From: Solirubrobacteraceae bacterium
Lineage (GTDB): Bacteria; Actinomycetota; Thermoleophilia; Solirubrobacterales; Solirubrobacteraceae
Direction of reading: 5' to 3'
NCBI GenBank assembly: GCA_036510155.1
Contig: DATCEK010000161.1
Coordinates: 5,347-69,346 of the forward strand
Length of the DNA: 64,000 bases
The translations under genes and the position numbers were made by a program. The notes under the pieces were generated by a model. It was not told the origin of the DNA. It saw only the letters and a program-made list of their open reading frames with translations, and searched no databases. Shown one piece after another: positions 36,608-45,623 of this stretch. Position 1 is the stretch's first letter; each line of letters opens with the position of its first letter.

Positions 36608-39600
36608 TCAGCGGGCCACGATTGCAAGCGTGCGAGTGATCCTCTGCTGCTCGCCACTGGATGGAGTGACCGTTACTGTGATCGTCAACGTCAGATGTTT
36701 CCTGTGTTTGAGCACCCGTGCGCCCTTTGCGTCGAGCGCCAGGACGAACTTCAGCTGACCTGCCTCGACTTTGCTGCGCTTCGCTCTGGCGAGCACAACC
36801 AACGACAAAAGACTGCCCTTACGTTTGGAAACACCCAGCTGTCCGCCGGGCACGGCGGCGTCTACTTCCACCCGGACAGCAGGGGCATCAAGGCCGAGCA
36901 TTACCAACAGCGAGCTCCCATGCTGCGATACCTGGAGCGCCAGGCCTTCGTGCACAGGGCTGACCGGAGTCGGGGGCGGCGTCGGACCGGCAATTTTGAC
37001 AGGTGGGGCGAGCGGTGCAACAGGCGGCGCAGGACCGATCGGTTCGACAAGCAGCGCACGCGCCATGGTCGTAAACGTCATTTCGCTGCTGTATTGCTTG
37101 GCTGAGCCATCCACTCCCACCAGCCGGTAGTGGTAGGTGGTGCTCGGAGCCAGTCCGGTGACGCTCTGGTCAGCTTCCACGTCACCGTTGCCTGACCCGG
37201 CGCTCACCTGAGCAGTGTTCGTGCCGTAGCCAGACGTGAGGCCATATTCGAAGTAGTAGGCCACGTTCGTGCCGTGCGGGTTGACCGTCCCGCTGAACGT
37301 CGCTTCTTCGGTACCGACATCTGCGGGGGAGTTGGTCTGTACAGATGGCGCTACGCCGGTCGAGAATGTGCGATCAGCCCCGTAGGTGGTGCCGTATTCG
37401 GTCTTAGCCACTACGCGGAAATGGTAAGTGGTGTTTTCCGCCAGGTAATCGAGGGTCTGCACAGCTTGCACGTTGCCGGTACGCGAGCCGGCGGCGACTT
37501 CGGCTGTGCGTGCGCCGTAGCTCTGGCTGGCTCCATATTCGAAGTAGTAGCTCGTCTTCGTGCCATTTGGGTCGATCGTCCCGTTCAGTGTGGCATCGTC
37601 GTAGCCAACCGCTTCGGGTGCGCCTGTTTCCGCCAGAGGTTCATAGGGCGTCGAGAACCATTCTTCGGCCCCATAGCTCGTTCCGTAGCTGTTGCTTGCA
37701 ACGATCCGATAGTAATAGCGCGTGCCGGGCGTGAGGCCACTGATGGCTTCTTTCTCTTCTTCGCCCCTCACTCCCGCGACTTCTTGTTCGGCGGTGCGCT
37801 GCCCATAGGCTTCCGTGGTGCCATATTCGAAGTAGTATTTCGTGGTCTCGCCTTTTCCGTAGACGCCACTTTTGAGGGTGGCACTTGTGTAACCGCGGGT
37901 ATATATCGGTTCGCTGAACACTATCGGCTTGCCACCCAGCGTTTCGAATTCCTTGTCTTTCCCTATCGTTGTTCCGCGGCCGTTGGTCACGACGAGCCGG
38001 TAGTGGTAGCTGGTTCCCGGCGCGAGACCGGCGAGTGGAGCGCTTATTTTCACAAATTCATCGCCCGACCCAGCGCTTGCTTCAGGCGTTCTCGACCCGT
38101 ACGCCGTCGTGGTGCCGTATTCGAAGTAGTACTTGGTTTCGACCCCAACCGGTCGCACTTCGCCGTCAAGCGTGGCTTCGGTGAGCCCAACATTGCTCGT
38201 TCCTTCTTCCTTGATTTCCGCATAGTAGGGAGTGGTAAATTCGCGGTCCACGCCGTTGGCACTGCCGTTGCTAGTCTTGACCACCACCCGCCAGTGATAG
38301 GGGATGCTGTGTTGCAATCCGGTAATCGTGGCGCTCACTTTGACAGCTCCCCACGCGGCCGGAACAGATGCTTCGACAGTCTTGGCGCCGTAGGCTTCGC
38401 TCCTGCCGTATTCGAAGTAATAGTGAGCCTGGAGATCGCACGGGTGGATTGATGTTTCGATCTTCTCCGATTCGGGGGTCAGGTTCGTGGCGCCTTGTTC
38501 TTCGTAGGAGGTTTCGGCGTACGGGCCGATCGGGAGCGCTGGCCCAGGGTCGCTGTCTTCAACCTCACACGCGTCCTTGGAGTCATCCCAGAGGTATGCC
38601 ACCTCCACCCCGCCCAGTCGCCCGGAGCTCAGTCCATTGCAGATGTCGCCGATCTCATCGCCGCCCACTCCTTCGCCCGTATTCCACCCGGACGCGCCGT
38701 CCGCGTCAGTGACACTCTCGGCGTACTCGTGGGTGAGGGTCTTCGTCGTGTTACACCCGATCCGTTCTTCGGGGTCCATGACAACCGCGATCGAAGGGCC
38801 GGCTTTGCCACTGCCATACTCCTCGTGAAATCCGCACGTCCTGGCTTCCGCTTCGACCGTGCCTGGCGCGGGCACGACCATGTAGGTGGTGTCGGTTCTC
38901 TCCCAGCCTTCGGTCTGGTTGATCGCCTTTTCGCCAGCCTGCATGGCAGCGTAACTGTCGATCCTAGTCGTGATCGGCTGTTTGACGTAGTACTTTTCGA
39001 TCACAGGCGAGCCTGCGAGCGGCTGGGATATCGGACCATCCAGGCCGCTGTATTGCGTCAATATCTCCTCATAGGCCGATCCGGTCAGGTCTTCTGCGGT
39101 CGTTTCGAGCTTATGGCGCAGTGTGAGGTCAGATCCGTGTTCCCATTCTTCGCCGAGGAAGACGAGCATCAGGTGCGGTTCGTTCTGGATCGTGCCACCG
39201 TGGTATGTGAGCCGCGAGGGCGAGGAGGTGAGCGGACGCACTCCGGCGCTCAACGCCGCGGCCGCACCTCCCGCGACCGCTCCTGCTCCGGCGCCAACTC
39301 CTGCTCCTGCTCCTGCTCCAGCTCGGGCTTGGGCTCGGGCTCCCAACTCATCGTCCGCGAGCCGGGAGTTCTGCGGCTCGGTCGGGTCGAAATGCACCCT
39401 CTTGCCCTTCGCCCATGCAGGCACCGGCACGCCCGGGGGCAGGCCGTCGGCGGCAAACGCCGCAGATGTCCCATGGGCCGCCAGCAGCAAGATGAGCGCG
39501 AGCAACAGCGCAAACAGGCTCCAGCGCGCCGAGGGAAGCGATCGAGATGTCGCCAACACCGTTGCGTGGCGGTCTGACCCCCCGACGTCCCGCCCTTCCG

Positions 39601-39616
39601 CTTCAACCACGCCCAT
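36608..39616 (-). CDS. Large secreted protein: EXORDIUM/Phi-1-like domain plus five FnIII-like repeats and a Pro-rich linker
   Basis: Signal-like WSLFALLLALILLLAAHGTSAAFA; LTYHGG, CGFH, THEYAESVTD..GW....EIGDIC; five repeats with YYFEYG..AYG...GL.PGT.YHYR. Start placed at ATG 39616. Confidence 0.8.
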   Translation of the reverse strand: MGVVEAEGRDVGGSDRHATVLATSRSLPSARWSLFALLLALILLLAAHGTSAAFAADGLPPGVPVPAWAKGKRVHFDPTEPQNSRLADDELGARAQARAGAGAGAGVGAGAGAVAGGAAAALSAGVRPLTSSPSRLTYHGGTIQNEPHLMLVFLGEEWEHGSDLTLRHKLETTAEDLTGSAYEEILTQYSGLDGPISQPLAGSPVIEKYYVKQPITTRIDSYAAMQAGEKAINQTEGWERTDTTYMVVPAPGTVEAEARTCGFHEEYGSGKAGPSIAVVMDPEERIGCNTTKTLTHEYAESVTDADGASGWNTGEGVGGDEIGDICNGLSSGRLGGVEVAYLWDDSKDACEVEDSDPGPALPIGPYAETSYEEQGATNLTPESEKIETSIHPCDLQAHYYFEYGRSEAYGAKTVEASVPAAWGAVKVSATITGLQHSIPYHWRVVVKTSNGSANGVDREFTTPYYAEIKEEGTSNVGLTEATLDGEVRPVGVETKYYFEYGTTTAYGSRTPEASAGSGDEFVKISAPLAGLAPGTSYHYRLVVTNGRGTTIGKDKEFETLGGKPIVFSEPIYTRGYTSATLKSGVYGKGETTKYYFEYGTTEAYGQRTAEQEVAGVRGEEEKEAISGLTPGTRYYYRIVASNSYGTSYGAEEWFSTPYEPLAETGAPEAVGYDDATLNGTIDPNGTKTSYYFEYGASQSYGARTAEVAAGSRTGNVQAVQTLDYLAENTTYHFRVVAKTEYGTTYGADRTFSTGVAPSVQTNSPADVGTEEATFSGTVNPHGTNVAYYFEYGLTSGYGTNTAQVSAGSGNGDVEADQSVTGLAPSTTYHYRLVGVDGSAKQYSSEMTFTTMARALLVEPIGPAPPVAPLAPPVKIAGPTPPPTPVSPVHEGLALQVSQHGSSLLVMLGLDAPAVRVEVDAAVPGGQLGVSKRKGSLLSLVVLARAKRSKVEAGQLKFVLALDAKGARVLKHRKHLTLTITVTVTPSSGEQQRITRTLAIVAR

Positions 39617-39716
39617 CCCCCCGGATCCGCCACCAGTCACGTCGAACTCGCTTGCCCATAAGCGTACCCCTGGCGGCGCCCATTGACAATCTGGCCTTTT
39701 CCCGGCTGGACCGTCC

Positions 39717-39743
39717 TCAAGAAAGGCGCTCATCGACCGATAA
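39717..39743 (+). promoter_or_regulatory. Sigma-28-type promoter for the fliJ operon (TCAA-N15-ACCGATAA)
   Basis: Consensus match 7 bp before the fliJ GTG. Confidence 0.75.
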
Positions 39744-39750
39744 CCGGGCC

Positions 39751-40209
39751 GTGAACGGATCCGTTTTTCGCTTTCGCCTGGAGCGCGTGCGTGCGCTACG
39801 CGAGCGCAAAGAGCAGCAGGCCCAGCAAGAGTTGGCGCGTGCGATCTCGCTGCGCACCGGCGCCGAGGCAGGCCTTCGCGCTGCCGAGGCGGAGCTTGCG
39901 CGAGCGCATACCGAACACCGAGCGCTAGTGGGCGAGCCACAAGCGCTCGCGGCCAGTGAGCTCATGGCGCGCCAGGCATTTGCGGAGCGCGTCGAGGCGC
40001 ATCGGGGCGCACAGGCACAGGAGCTCGAGCAACGCAAGGCGACGGTTGCCGAACGCGATGCCACGCTCACCGTCGCCACGACCGAGCATGAGACGCTCAA
40101 GCGCCTCAGAGAGCGCCAACATGGTGAGCACGAGCGAGCGCGTGCGAGCCGCGAACAGAGCGAGCTCGACGAAATCGCAGCCGCCCGCTTCGGCCGGAGC
40201 GGCGCATGA
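39751..40209 (+). CDS. fliJ: Flagellar export protein FliJ
   Basis: FRFRLERVRALRERKEQQAQQELA...LKRLRERQ...EQSELDEIA. Confidence 0.92.
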   Translation: MNGSVFRFRLERVRALRERKEQQAQQELARAISLRTGAEAGLRAAEAELARAHTEHRALVGEPQALAASELMARQAFAERVEAHRGAQAQELEQRKATVAERDATLTVATTEHETLKRLRERQHGEHERARASREQSELDEIAAARFGRSGA

Positions 40210-40916
40210 GCGCGGGCGCGATTGCTCCCAGCGCCGGCATGCCCGCAGACGAGCTGGCGATCAGCCAACGCGTGCAACAGCTGCAGACACTGATCGAACA
40301 GACTCGCCAAGTCGGCTCGGGGAGCACGCCGATAAGCACGTCCTACGGGACCACCGCAACAGTCAGCCCAGCCGCGACGGACTCATCCGTACCAGCCGGG
40401 GGCTTCGCCGCCGCGCTCCAAGCCGCGACAATGGAGAACTCCCCCTCCTCAACCGCGGCGCAGAGCGAAAGCGCGGCAGGTGCCGGAGCTGGCGGCGGCG
40501 AATACGGCAGCGTGATCGAACAGGCAGCCGAGCGCTACGGCATCGACCCAGCCGTCTTGCACGGCCTGATCCAGCAGGAGTCGGGCTTTGACCCTGGCGC
40601 CCAAAGCAGCGCCGGCGCAAGCGGTTTGACACAGCTGATGCCCGGGACCGCTTCGTCGATGGGCGTTGCAAACCCACTCAACCCGACCGAATCGATCGAA
40701 GGCGGAGCGCGCTACCTCAGCCAGCTGATGAGCCAGTTCGGCGGCAACACCGAAGATGCCCTGGCCGCATACAACGCCGGGCCCGGCGCCGTCCAACAGT
40801 ACGGCGGCATACCGCCCTACGCCGAAACCCAGGGCTATGTCTCCAAGGTGCTCGGCTATGCCGAAACCTATCGTCAAACGCACCCCACCTCGATCTCTGC
40901 CGGGGGTCTGGCGTGA
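40206..40916 (+). CDS. Lytic transglycosylase (SLT domain)
   Basis: AAERYGIDP..L..LIQQESGFDP.AQS.AGASGLTQLMPGTA, ALAAYNAG, PPYAETQGYV. Confidence 0.93.
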   Translation: MSAGAIAPSAGMPADELAISQRVQQLQTLIEQTRQVGSGSTPISTSYGTTATVSPAATDSSVPAGGFAAALQAATMENSPSSTAAQSESAAGAGAGGGEYGSVIEQAAERYGIDPAVLHGLIQQESGFDPGAQSSAGASGLTQLMPGTASSMGVANPLNPTESIEGGARYLSQLMSQFGGNTEDALAAYNAGPGAVQQYGGIPPYAETQGYVSKVLGYAETYRQTHPTSISAGGLA

Positions 40917-43015
40917 ACGCCCCAGTCCCCCTGGCCGCACCCAGGACCTCGCTGCCCTCCACCTCGCCGCCACCGAGCGGTGTCAGCCGCTCGAGCCCGC
41001 GTTCAGGCGCTCCACCAGGAGCCTCCGAAGGAGCCCCGCCCGGGGCCCCTTCGGAGGCCCCGCCAGGTGCGCCGTTTCAAAGCGCGCTCGCTACACATTG
41101 GGCCCGGACCGCCACTGCGGAAGGCCATCCAAAGAGCAGCCCAAGAGGTCGGGGCGAGAGTTCGCGCCATACCCGCGCGACACGCGCCGGCGAAAGCGAC
41201 GCGAGCGCCGCCGGCCAACGTGGCGTCAACGGCGCTGACGGCGGGATCGCGACTTCCCGCGCGTCCGCGTCCGGGCTCTCTGCGCCAGACCTAGCGGCCG
41301 CCACAACCCGCGCTCAGGAAGGCGGACCAGAGGCAAGGACCCGAGCGGGCGGAACGGCCGCCTCCACGACGGTCGGCGTGCCGGTCGGCGCCACTCCGAC
41401 ATCGACATCTACCGATGACGCACACCTATCGACGTTCGCGCCCGACACGACGTCCATGCCACTGCCCGGGCTCCCATCGAGCACAGCAGTTGTGTCTGGC
41501 CCAACCACCGCCGCCGGTGCGCTTCCGGCTTCGCCGCACGCAGCTTCACCTGTCGGCCCCGGAGGCCCGACAGGGGCTGTTACCGCTTCTGCCGGGACAA
41601 GCCTCTCGTCTACCGTTGCGCCTCTGGTCATGCCGCTACCCAGCGGAGCCGACGGCTCGCTTGCGCCGACATCCACGCCGGTCGCGAGGTCCACCGCGGA
41701 TCCTGGCGTCGCATCCGGCGCGACTTCCTCGACGACAACCGCAGCGCCGGTATCCACGCCGGCTACAACGTCCCCACCCGCAGCGACAGCCTCCGCCGCT
41801 CCGAGCGTCACAGGCCCCGGCGTCTCGAGTGTCCCGTCCGTCGCTGACATTGGCACCTCATCCTCCGCCGACCCTCGCACCCCACCCTCCGTGACTCCTG
41901 GCTTTGACACACCACGCTCCGCTGCTGCCCTTGGCAGCGCACCCACAGCGGTCCCTGATGCCCCACGCTCCACTGCTCCTGGCAACCCATCCTCCAACCT
42001 CCCCCTCACCGCCCCCGCGGCTGCTCCGGGCAGCGCACCCAACGCGGTCCCTGATACCCCGTACTCCGCTGCTCCTGGCGCCTCATCCTCCGCCGCTGCT
42101 CCTGACTTTCCTTCAGTCTCCCCTTCAGTCGCCGGTGCATATGCAGCCGGCCAAGGTGGTGCGCGCATGAGTTCATCACCTCGGGACACCAACATCCCGC
42201 CCCCGGGGGCCTCCACCTCGCTGTCAGGCCCCGTGGCCGCAAGCGCGCCCACAGCCGGGGCGCCCGGCGCAACAGCGGCGCCCGCAACGGCTGGCGCTTC
42301 GACGATCGGTTCCCGCGGCGCGCTGCTGGCCTTGGGACCGCCGCTAGCGGAGCCAGCCGGCACAGCGACGGTGCGGAGCCGAGCGGGCGCAACGAATGTG
42401 TCCCCGCTCGGCCAAGCCGGCTTGCGCCCAACCCTCGCGGCAGTCACGACGCCGGCGGCCGAGAGCTCAAGCCTCGCAAACCTGGCAACCCTCGATGCTG
42501 GCACAAGTCCCAACCCTGGAATGAGCGTCGGCGGCACAGGTCCCGATAGCGGCGGAAACGGACTTCCGTTTGCTGGCCTGCAGATGCAGGAGACGATCGA
42601 CTCGATCGGCGCGACGATCGAGCTTGCCGCCCGTCAAGGCATCGTCAAGGCAAGAATCGAGCTTCAGCCTGAAGAGCTCGGCCACATCAGCATTCGTTTG
42701 AGCCAGACCAACGAAGGCCTGCGTGCGCGCGTGACCGCCGAGACTCCAGCTGGCGCACAAGCGCTTAACCAGGGCCGCTCTGAGCTGCGTCAGTCGCTCG
42801 ACTCGCTCGGCCTGTCGCTGTTGCAGCTCGATATCGGCTCCTCCGGCCAACCGCGCAGCGGCGAACGCGACCAAAACTTTGCCGGCAATGTCGAGGGGCC
42901 CAGCGCGCTCAGCGCAACAGACGCTGTTGAGGAGAGCAAAACGCTCGGGGACCACCCGGACGATGCACGTCCGGTCGGTAGCCCACTTGGCGAAATTGTG
43001 GACGTACTCGCATGA
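40913..43015 (+). CDS. fliK: Hook-length control protein FliK (700 aa)
   Basis: Long Pro/Ser/Thr/Ala region; C-terminal ARIELQPEELGHISIRL...LRQSLDSLGL. Confidence 0.9.
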   Translation: MNAPVPLAAPRTSLPSTSPPPSGVSRSSPRSGAPPGASEGAPPGAPSEAPPGAPFQSALATHWARTATAEGHPKSSPRGRGESSRHTRATRAGESDASAAGQRGVNGADGGIATSRASASGLSAPDLAAATTRAQEGGPEARTRAGGTAASTTVGVPVGATPTSTSTDDAHLSTFAPDTTSMPLPGLPSSTAVVSGPTTAAGALPASPHAASPVGPGGPTGAVTASAGTSLSSTVAPLVMPLPSGADGSLAPTSTPVARSTADPGVASGATSSTTTAAPVSTPATTSPPAATASAAPSVTGPGVSSVPSVADIGTSSSADPRTPPSVTPGFDTPRSAAALGSAPTAVPDAPRSTAPGNPSSNLPLTAPAAAPGSAPNAVPDTPYSAAPGASSSAAAPDFPSVSPSVAGAYAAGQGGARMSSSPRDTNIPPPGASTSLSGPVAASAPTAGAPGATAAPATAGASTIGSRGALLALGPPLAEPAGTATVRSRAGATNVSPLGQAGLRPTLAAVTTPAAESSSLANLATLDAGTSPNPGMSVGGTGPDSGGNGLPFAGLQMQETIDSIGATIELAARQGIVKARIELQPEELGHISIRLSQTNEGLRARVTAETPAGAQALNQGRSELRQSLDSLGLSLLQLDIGSSGQPRSGERDQNFAGNVEGPSALSATDAVEESKTLGDHPDDARPVGSPLGEIVDVLA

Positions 43016-43116
43016 GAGCCGCCCAACGGGCCCGCAGCCGCAGGTTGAGCTACACGCGGCCGAGCACCCGAACCACAGGTTGTCCAATGAGCGAACGGAA
43101 GGACAGAAACTCGTGA
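43012..43116 (+). CDS. Putative relay mini-ORF fliK to flgD (34 aa)
   Basis: ATG overlaps the fliK stop (ATGA); TGA overlaps the flgD GTG (GTGA). Sequence MRAAQRARSRRLSYTRPSTRTTGCPMSERKDRNS. Confidence 0.5.
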   Translation: MRAAQRARSRRLSYTRPSTRTTGCPMSERKDRNS

Positions 43117-43568
43117 CGTCTCCAGTTGCACAAGCAAGCGCCGCGCCTCCCGGCGCCTCCCCTTCCCCCGCCGCTTCCCCCGCCGCTTCCACCGCCGCGC
43201 CTGCTGCCGACTCCACCGCGGCAGCGAGCCCCCAAAACCCGAACAGCATTCTCGGGCAAAACGACTTCCTTAAGCTGATGATCGCCCAGCTGCAGGCACA
43301 AAATCCGCTGGAACCTGCAAATGGCAACGAATATGTGACCGAGCTGGCACAGTTCACCCAACTCGAGCAGACGACCAACCTCGCAAGCGCCAGCGAGCTT
43401 TCGAGCGCGGTTCAGCTGATCGGCCACAGCGTCAGCTACACCGATCCGACCACCGGCGCAGCAGCGACAGGCAAGGTCGAAAGCGTGCAGTCCACTACAG
43501 CCGGCCCGACGCTCACGATCGAAGGCGTACCAGGGGTGAAGATCGCGAGCGTCAGCGAAGTCAAATGA
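43113..43568 (+). CDS. flgD: Flagellar hook-capping protein FlgD
   Basis: LGQNDFLKLMIAQLQAQNPLEP...ELAQFTQLEQ; SD GGAAGGA before GTG 43113. Confidence 0.93.
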   Translation: MTSPVAQASAAPPGASPSPAASPAASTAAPAADSTAAASPQNPNSILGQNDFLKLMIAQLQAQNPLEPANGNEYVTELAQFTQLEQTTNLASASELSSAVQLIGHSVSYTDPTTGAAATGKVESVQSTTAGPTLTIEGVPGVKIASVSEVK

Positions 43569-44104
43569 ACCCGATTTCAAACCCAGCGCTGATCCCGCCG
43601 GGGGGGCTGGGCGGTCCTTCGGACCCAGCGACCCAGCCGAAGCCCGCGTCAGGCCCAAGGCCCACTACTGGCCCGAATCCCACTACCGGCCCGAATCCCG
43701 CGGCAAGCCCAAATCCAGCGACTGGCCCCGGTGCCCCTGGCGCGCCGATCCCCGCCGGGGCGCCCACTCGCAAGAGTGTCGCAAACGACACCGCAAACTC
43801 AGCTCCCGGGCAGTCCTTTGCCGCGGCGCTTCAGCAGGCCGGGGGCTCCCAGCCCCTCCAGTTCTCCCGCCACGCGCTCGCTCGCGTGCAGCGCCGCGGG
43901 ATCGAGCTCGACTCCGCCACGCTCGGGCGACTTTCAGAGGGAGTTGGACGCGCCGCAAGCAAGGGCTCGCGCGATTCCCTCGTACTTGTCGACGGCACCG
44001 CTTTCGTGGTGTCGGTCAGCAACCGCACGGTCATAACTGCCGTCGGATCAGGACAAATGAAAGACAACGTATTCACCAACATCGACAGTGCCGTCATCGC
44101 ATAA
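43565..44104 (+). CDS. Flagellar operon protein (TIGR02530-like) with Pro-rich repeats
   Basis: LQFSRHA..R...RGI, KGSRDSLVL...AFVVSV.NRTVITA, NVFTNIDSAVI. Confidence 0.88.
   Translation: MNPISNPALIPPGGLGGPSDPATQPKPASGPRPTTGPNPTTGPNPAASPNPATGPGAPGAPIPAGAPTRKSVANDTANSAPGQSFAAALQQAGGSQPLQFSRHALARVQRRGIELDSATLGRLSEGVGRAASKGSRDSLVLVDGTAFVVSVSNRTVITAVGSGQMKDNVFTNIDSAVIA
43661..43735 (+). repeat. Degenerate 18-bp tandem repeats encoding PTTGPN-like units
   Basis: CCCACTACTGGCCCGAAT / CCCACTACCGGCCCGAAT / CCCGCGGCAAGCCCAAAT / CCAGCGACTGGCCCCGGT; end coordinate approximate. Confidence 0.75.
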
Positions 44105-44170
44105 GGCGCGACGGCCACACGACAACGGCTGGACCTCACAGAGGGGGCCGCGAAAGGAAGGGCAGTCACG

Positions 44171-45070
44171 ATGATGACTGGAATGTATGCCGCGATCAGC
44201 GGCCTGGACGCAAACCAGGCGTTGCTGAACGATACGGCGAACGACCTGGCGAATGTCAACACTGCGGGCTTTAAGGCCTCCAGTGTCACGTTCTCCGAAT
44301 CGCTGACACAAGAGATGCGAGGAGCATCGGGGCCCACAGCCACCAACGGTGGCTCGAACCCCGTCCAAATCGGGCTCGGCGTGCAAGTCGCCGCCACCCG
44401 CAACGAAATGACCGAGGGCTCCTTCCAGACCACCAACAACCCGTTGGATGTCGCGATCGAGGGCAACGGCTTCCTGCGCGTGGGCGCCGGCACACCGCCG
44501 GCCAAGGAACCGTATACAACCGGTTTGCCGGCCAAAGTCAACTACACGCGCGCCGGTGACCTGACGACTAACTCGCAAGGATTCCTCACCACACAGGCCG
44601 GTGAATACGTGATCGGGCGCAACGCGGTGGCAGCCGAAACCGAAGCCGGCACCACCTACACCGCGGGTAAGGAAGAAAGCTACATCAGGATCCCCCCAGG
44701 CTCAAGCAACGTTGCTATCGGCCCCGACGGATCCGTCGCCTACACCGATGAGAATCCCGAATCCAAGACCTACCAACAGCGCGTAACCGCGGGTTACCTG
44801 ACGCTCGCGACGTTCCCCAACGAAGATGGACTGGAACGTATCGGCGGCTCGCTGTGGGGACAGACCGCCAACTCGGGCACGCCGATCGTCGGCACGCCAA
44901 ACACCCCGGGCTTCGGCTCAACCATAGGCGGAGAGCTGGAGATGTCAAACGTCGATCTTGCCACCGAGATGACCAACATGATCACAGCCGAGCGTGGCTT
45001 CCAAGCCAACTCGCGCGTGATCACCACGGCAAACGAAATGCTGGGGACGCTGGTCACGATGGTGCAGTAG
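44171..45070 (+). CDS. flgE: Flagellar hook protein FlgE (short, 299 aa)
   Basis: ANDLANVNTAGFK, GGSNPVQIGLGV, PLDVAIEGNGF, YTRAG, LEMSNVDLATEM..MI.A.RGFQANSR. Confidence 0.92.
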   Translation: MMTGMYAAISGLDANQALLNDTANDLANVNTAGFKASSVTFSESLTQEMRGASGPTATNGGSNPVQIGLGVQVAATRNEMTEGSFQTTNNPLDVAIEGNGFLRVGAGTPPAKEPYTTGLPAKVNYTRAGDLTTNSQGFLTTQAGEYVIGRNAVAAETEAGTTYTAGKEESYIRIPPGSSNVAIGPDGSVAYTDENPESKTYQQRVTAGYLTLATFPNEDGLERIGGSLWGQTANSGTPIVGTPNTPGFGSTIGGELEMSNVDLATEMTNMITAERGFQANSRVITTANEMLGTLVTMVQ

Positions 45071-45077
45071 CCGGACT

Positions 45078-45104
45078 TTAGGGCGCGACCAAGGAGGTCG
45101 ATAT
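45078..45104 (+). promoter_or_regulatory. Possible sigma-28-type promoter for flbD (TTAG-N15-GTCGATAT)
   Basis: Degenerate consensus just after the flgE stop. Confidence 0.45.
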
Positions 45105-45130
45105 AGAGAGGACAACTCCGAGGAGCATGG

Positions 45131-45179
45131 GATGGGATGGCGCGCCTGCGCTGTTCCATCCCATCGCTAAAGCTTTAGC
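45131..45179. promoter_or_regulatory. 10-bp-stem hairpin (GATGGGATGG / CCATCCCATC) plus perfect 14-bp palindrome GCTAAAGCTTTAGC in the flbD leader
   Basis: Stem arms at 45131-45140 and 45156-45165; palindrome at 45166-45179. Confidence 0.6.
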
Positions 45180-45222
45180 CACACATCCAAAAATTCTAGG
45201 TTTTCGTGCAAGGGAGTTGGAG

Positions 45223-45513
45223 ATGATCACACTCAACAGGCTCGGACACAGCGACGAGCCCTTCCAACTCAATCCCGACATGGTCGTGACCGTCGAATCC
45301 ACTCCGGACACCGTCATCACGCTCGCGACGGGAGCGAAGGTTGTGGTGGCCGAGACGCCTGAGGAGGTCGCGGCCGCCCTGCACGCGTATCGCGCCAGCG
45401 TGCTCAGCGAGGCTCTGCGCAACCGTCGCCCACCGCGCCAGCCGGGCAGTTCTACCGGCACGCGCGAGCCCGGCCGACTCAGCGCAGTAGAAGAAGAGGA
45501 CAACCCGGCCTAA
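45223..45513 (+). CDS. flbD: FlbD family flagellar protein
   Basis: MITLNRL...FQLNPDMVVTVESTPDTVITLATGAKVVV.E. Confidence 0.92.
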   Translation: MITLNRLGHSDEPFQLNPDMVVTVESTPDTVITLATGAKVVVAETPEEVAAALHAYRASVLSEALRNRRPPRQPGSSTGTREPGRLSAVEEEDNPA

Positions 45514-45623
45514 CCGCTGCCGTCGACGCAGAGCGGCACAGACAGGAGTCGACGAACAGGACCAGTCCCTTCGAGGCTTTTCGAGCGCTCGCGGCGGCCC
45601 CAAGCAGGCCCATCGGCCAACTG

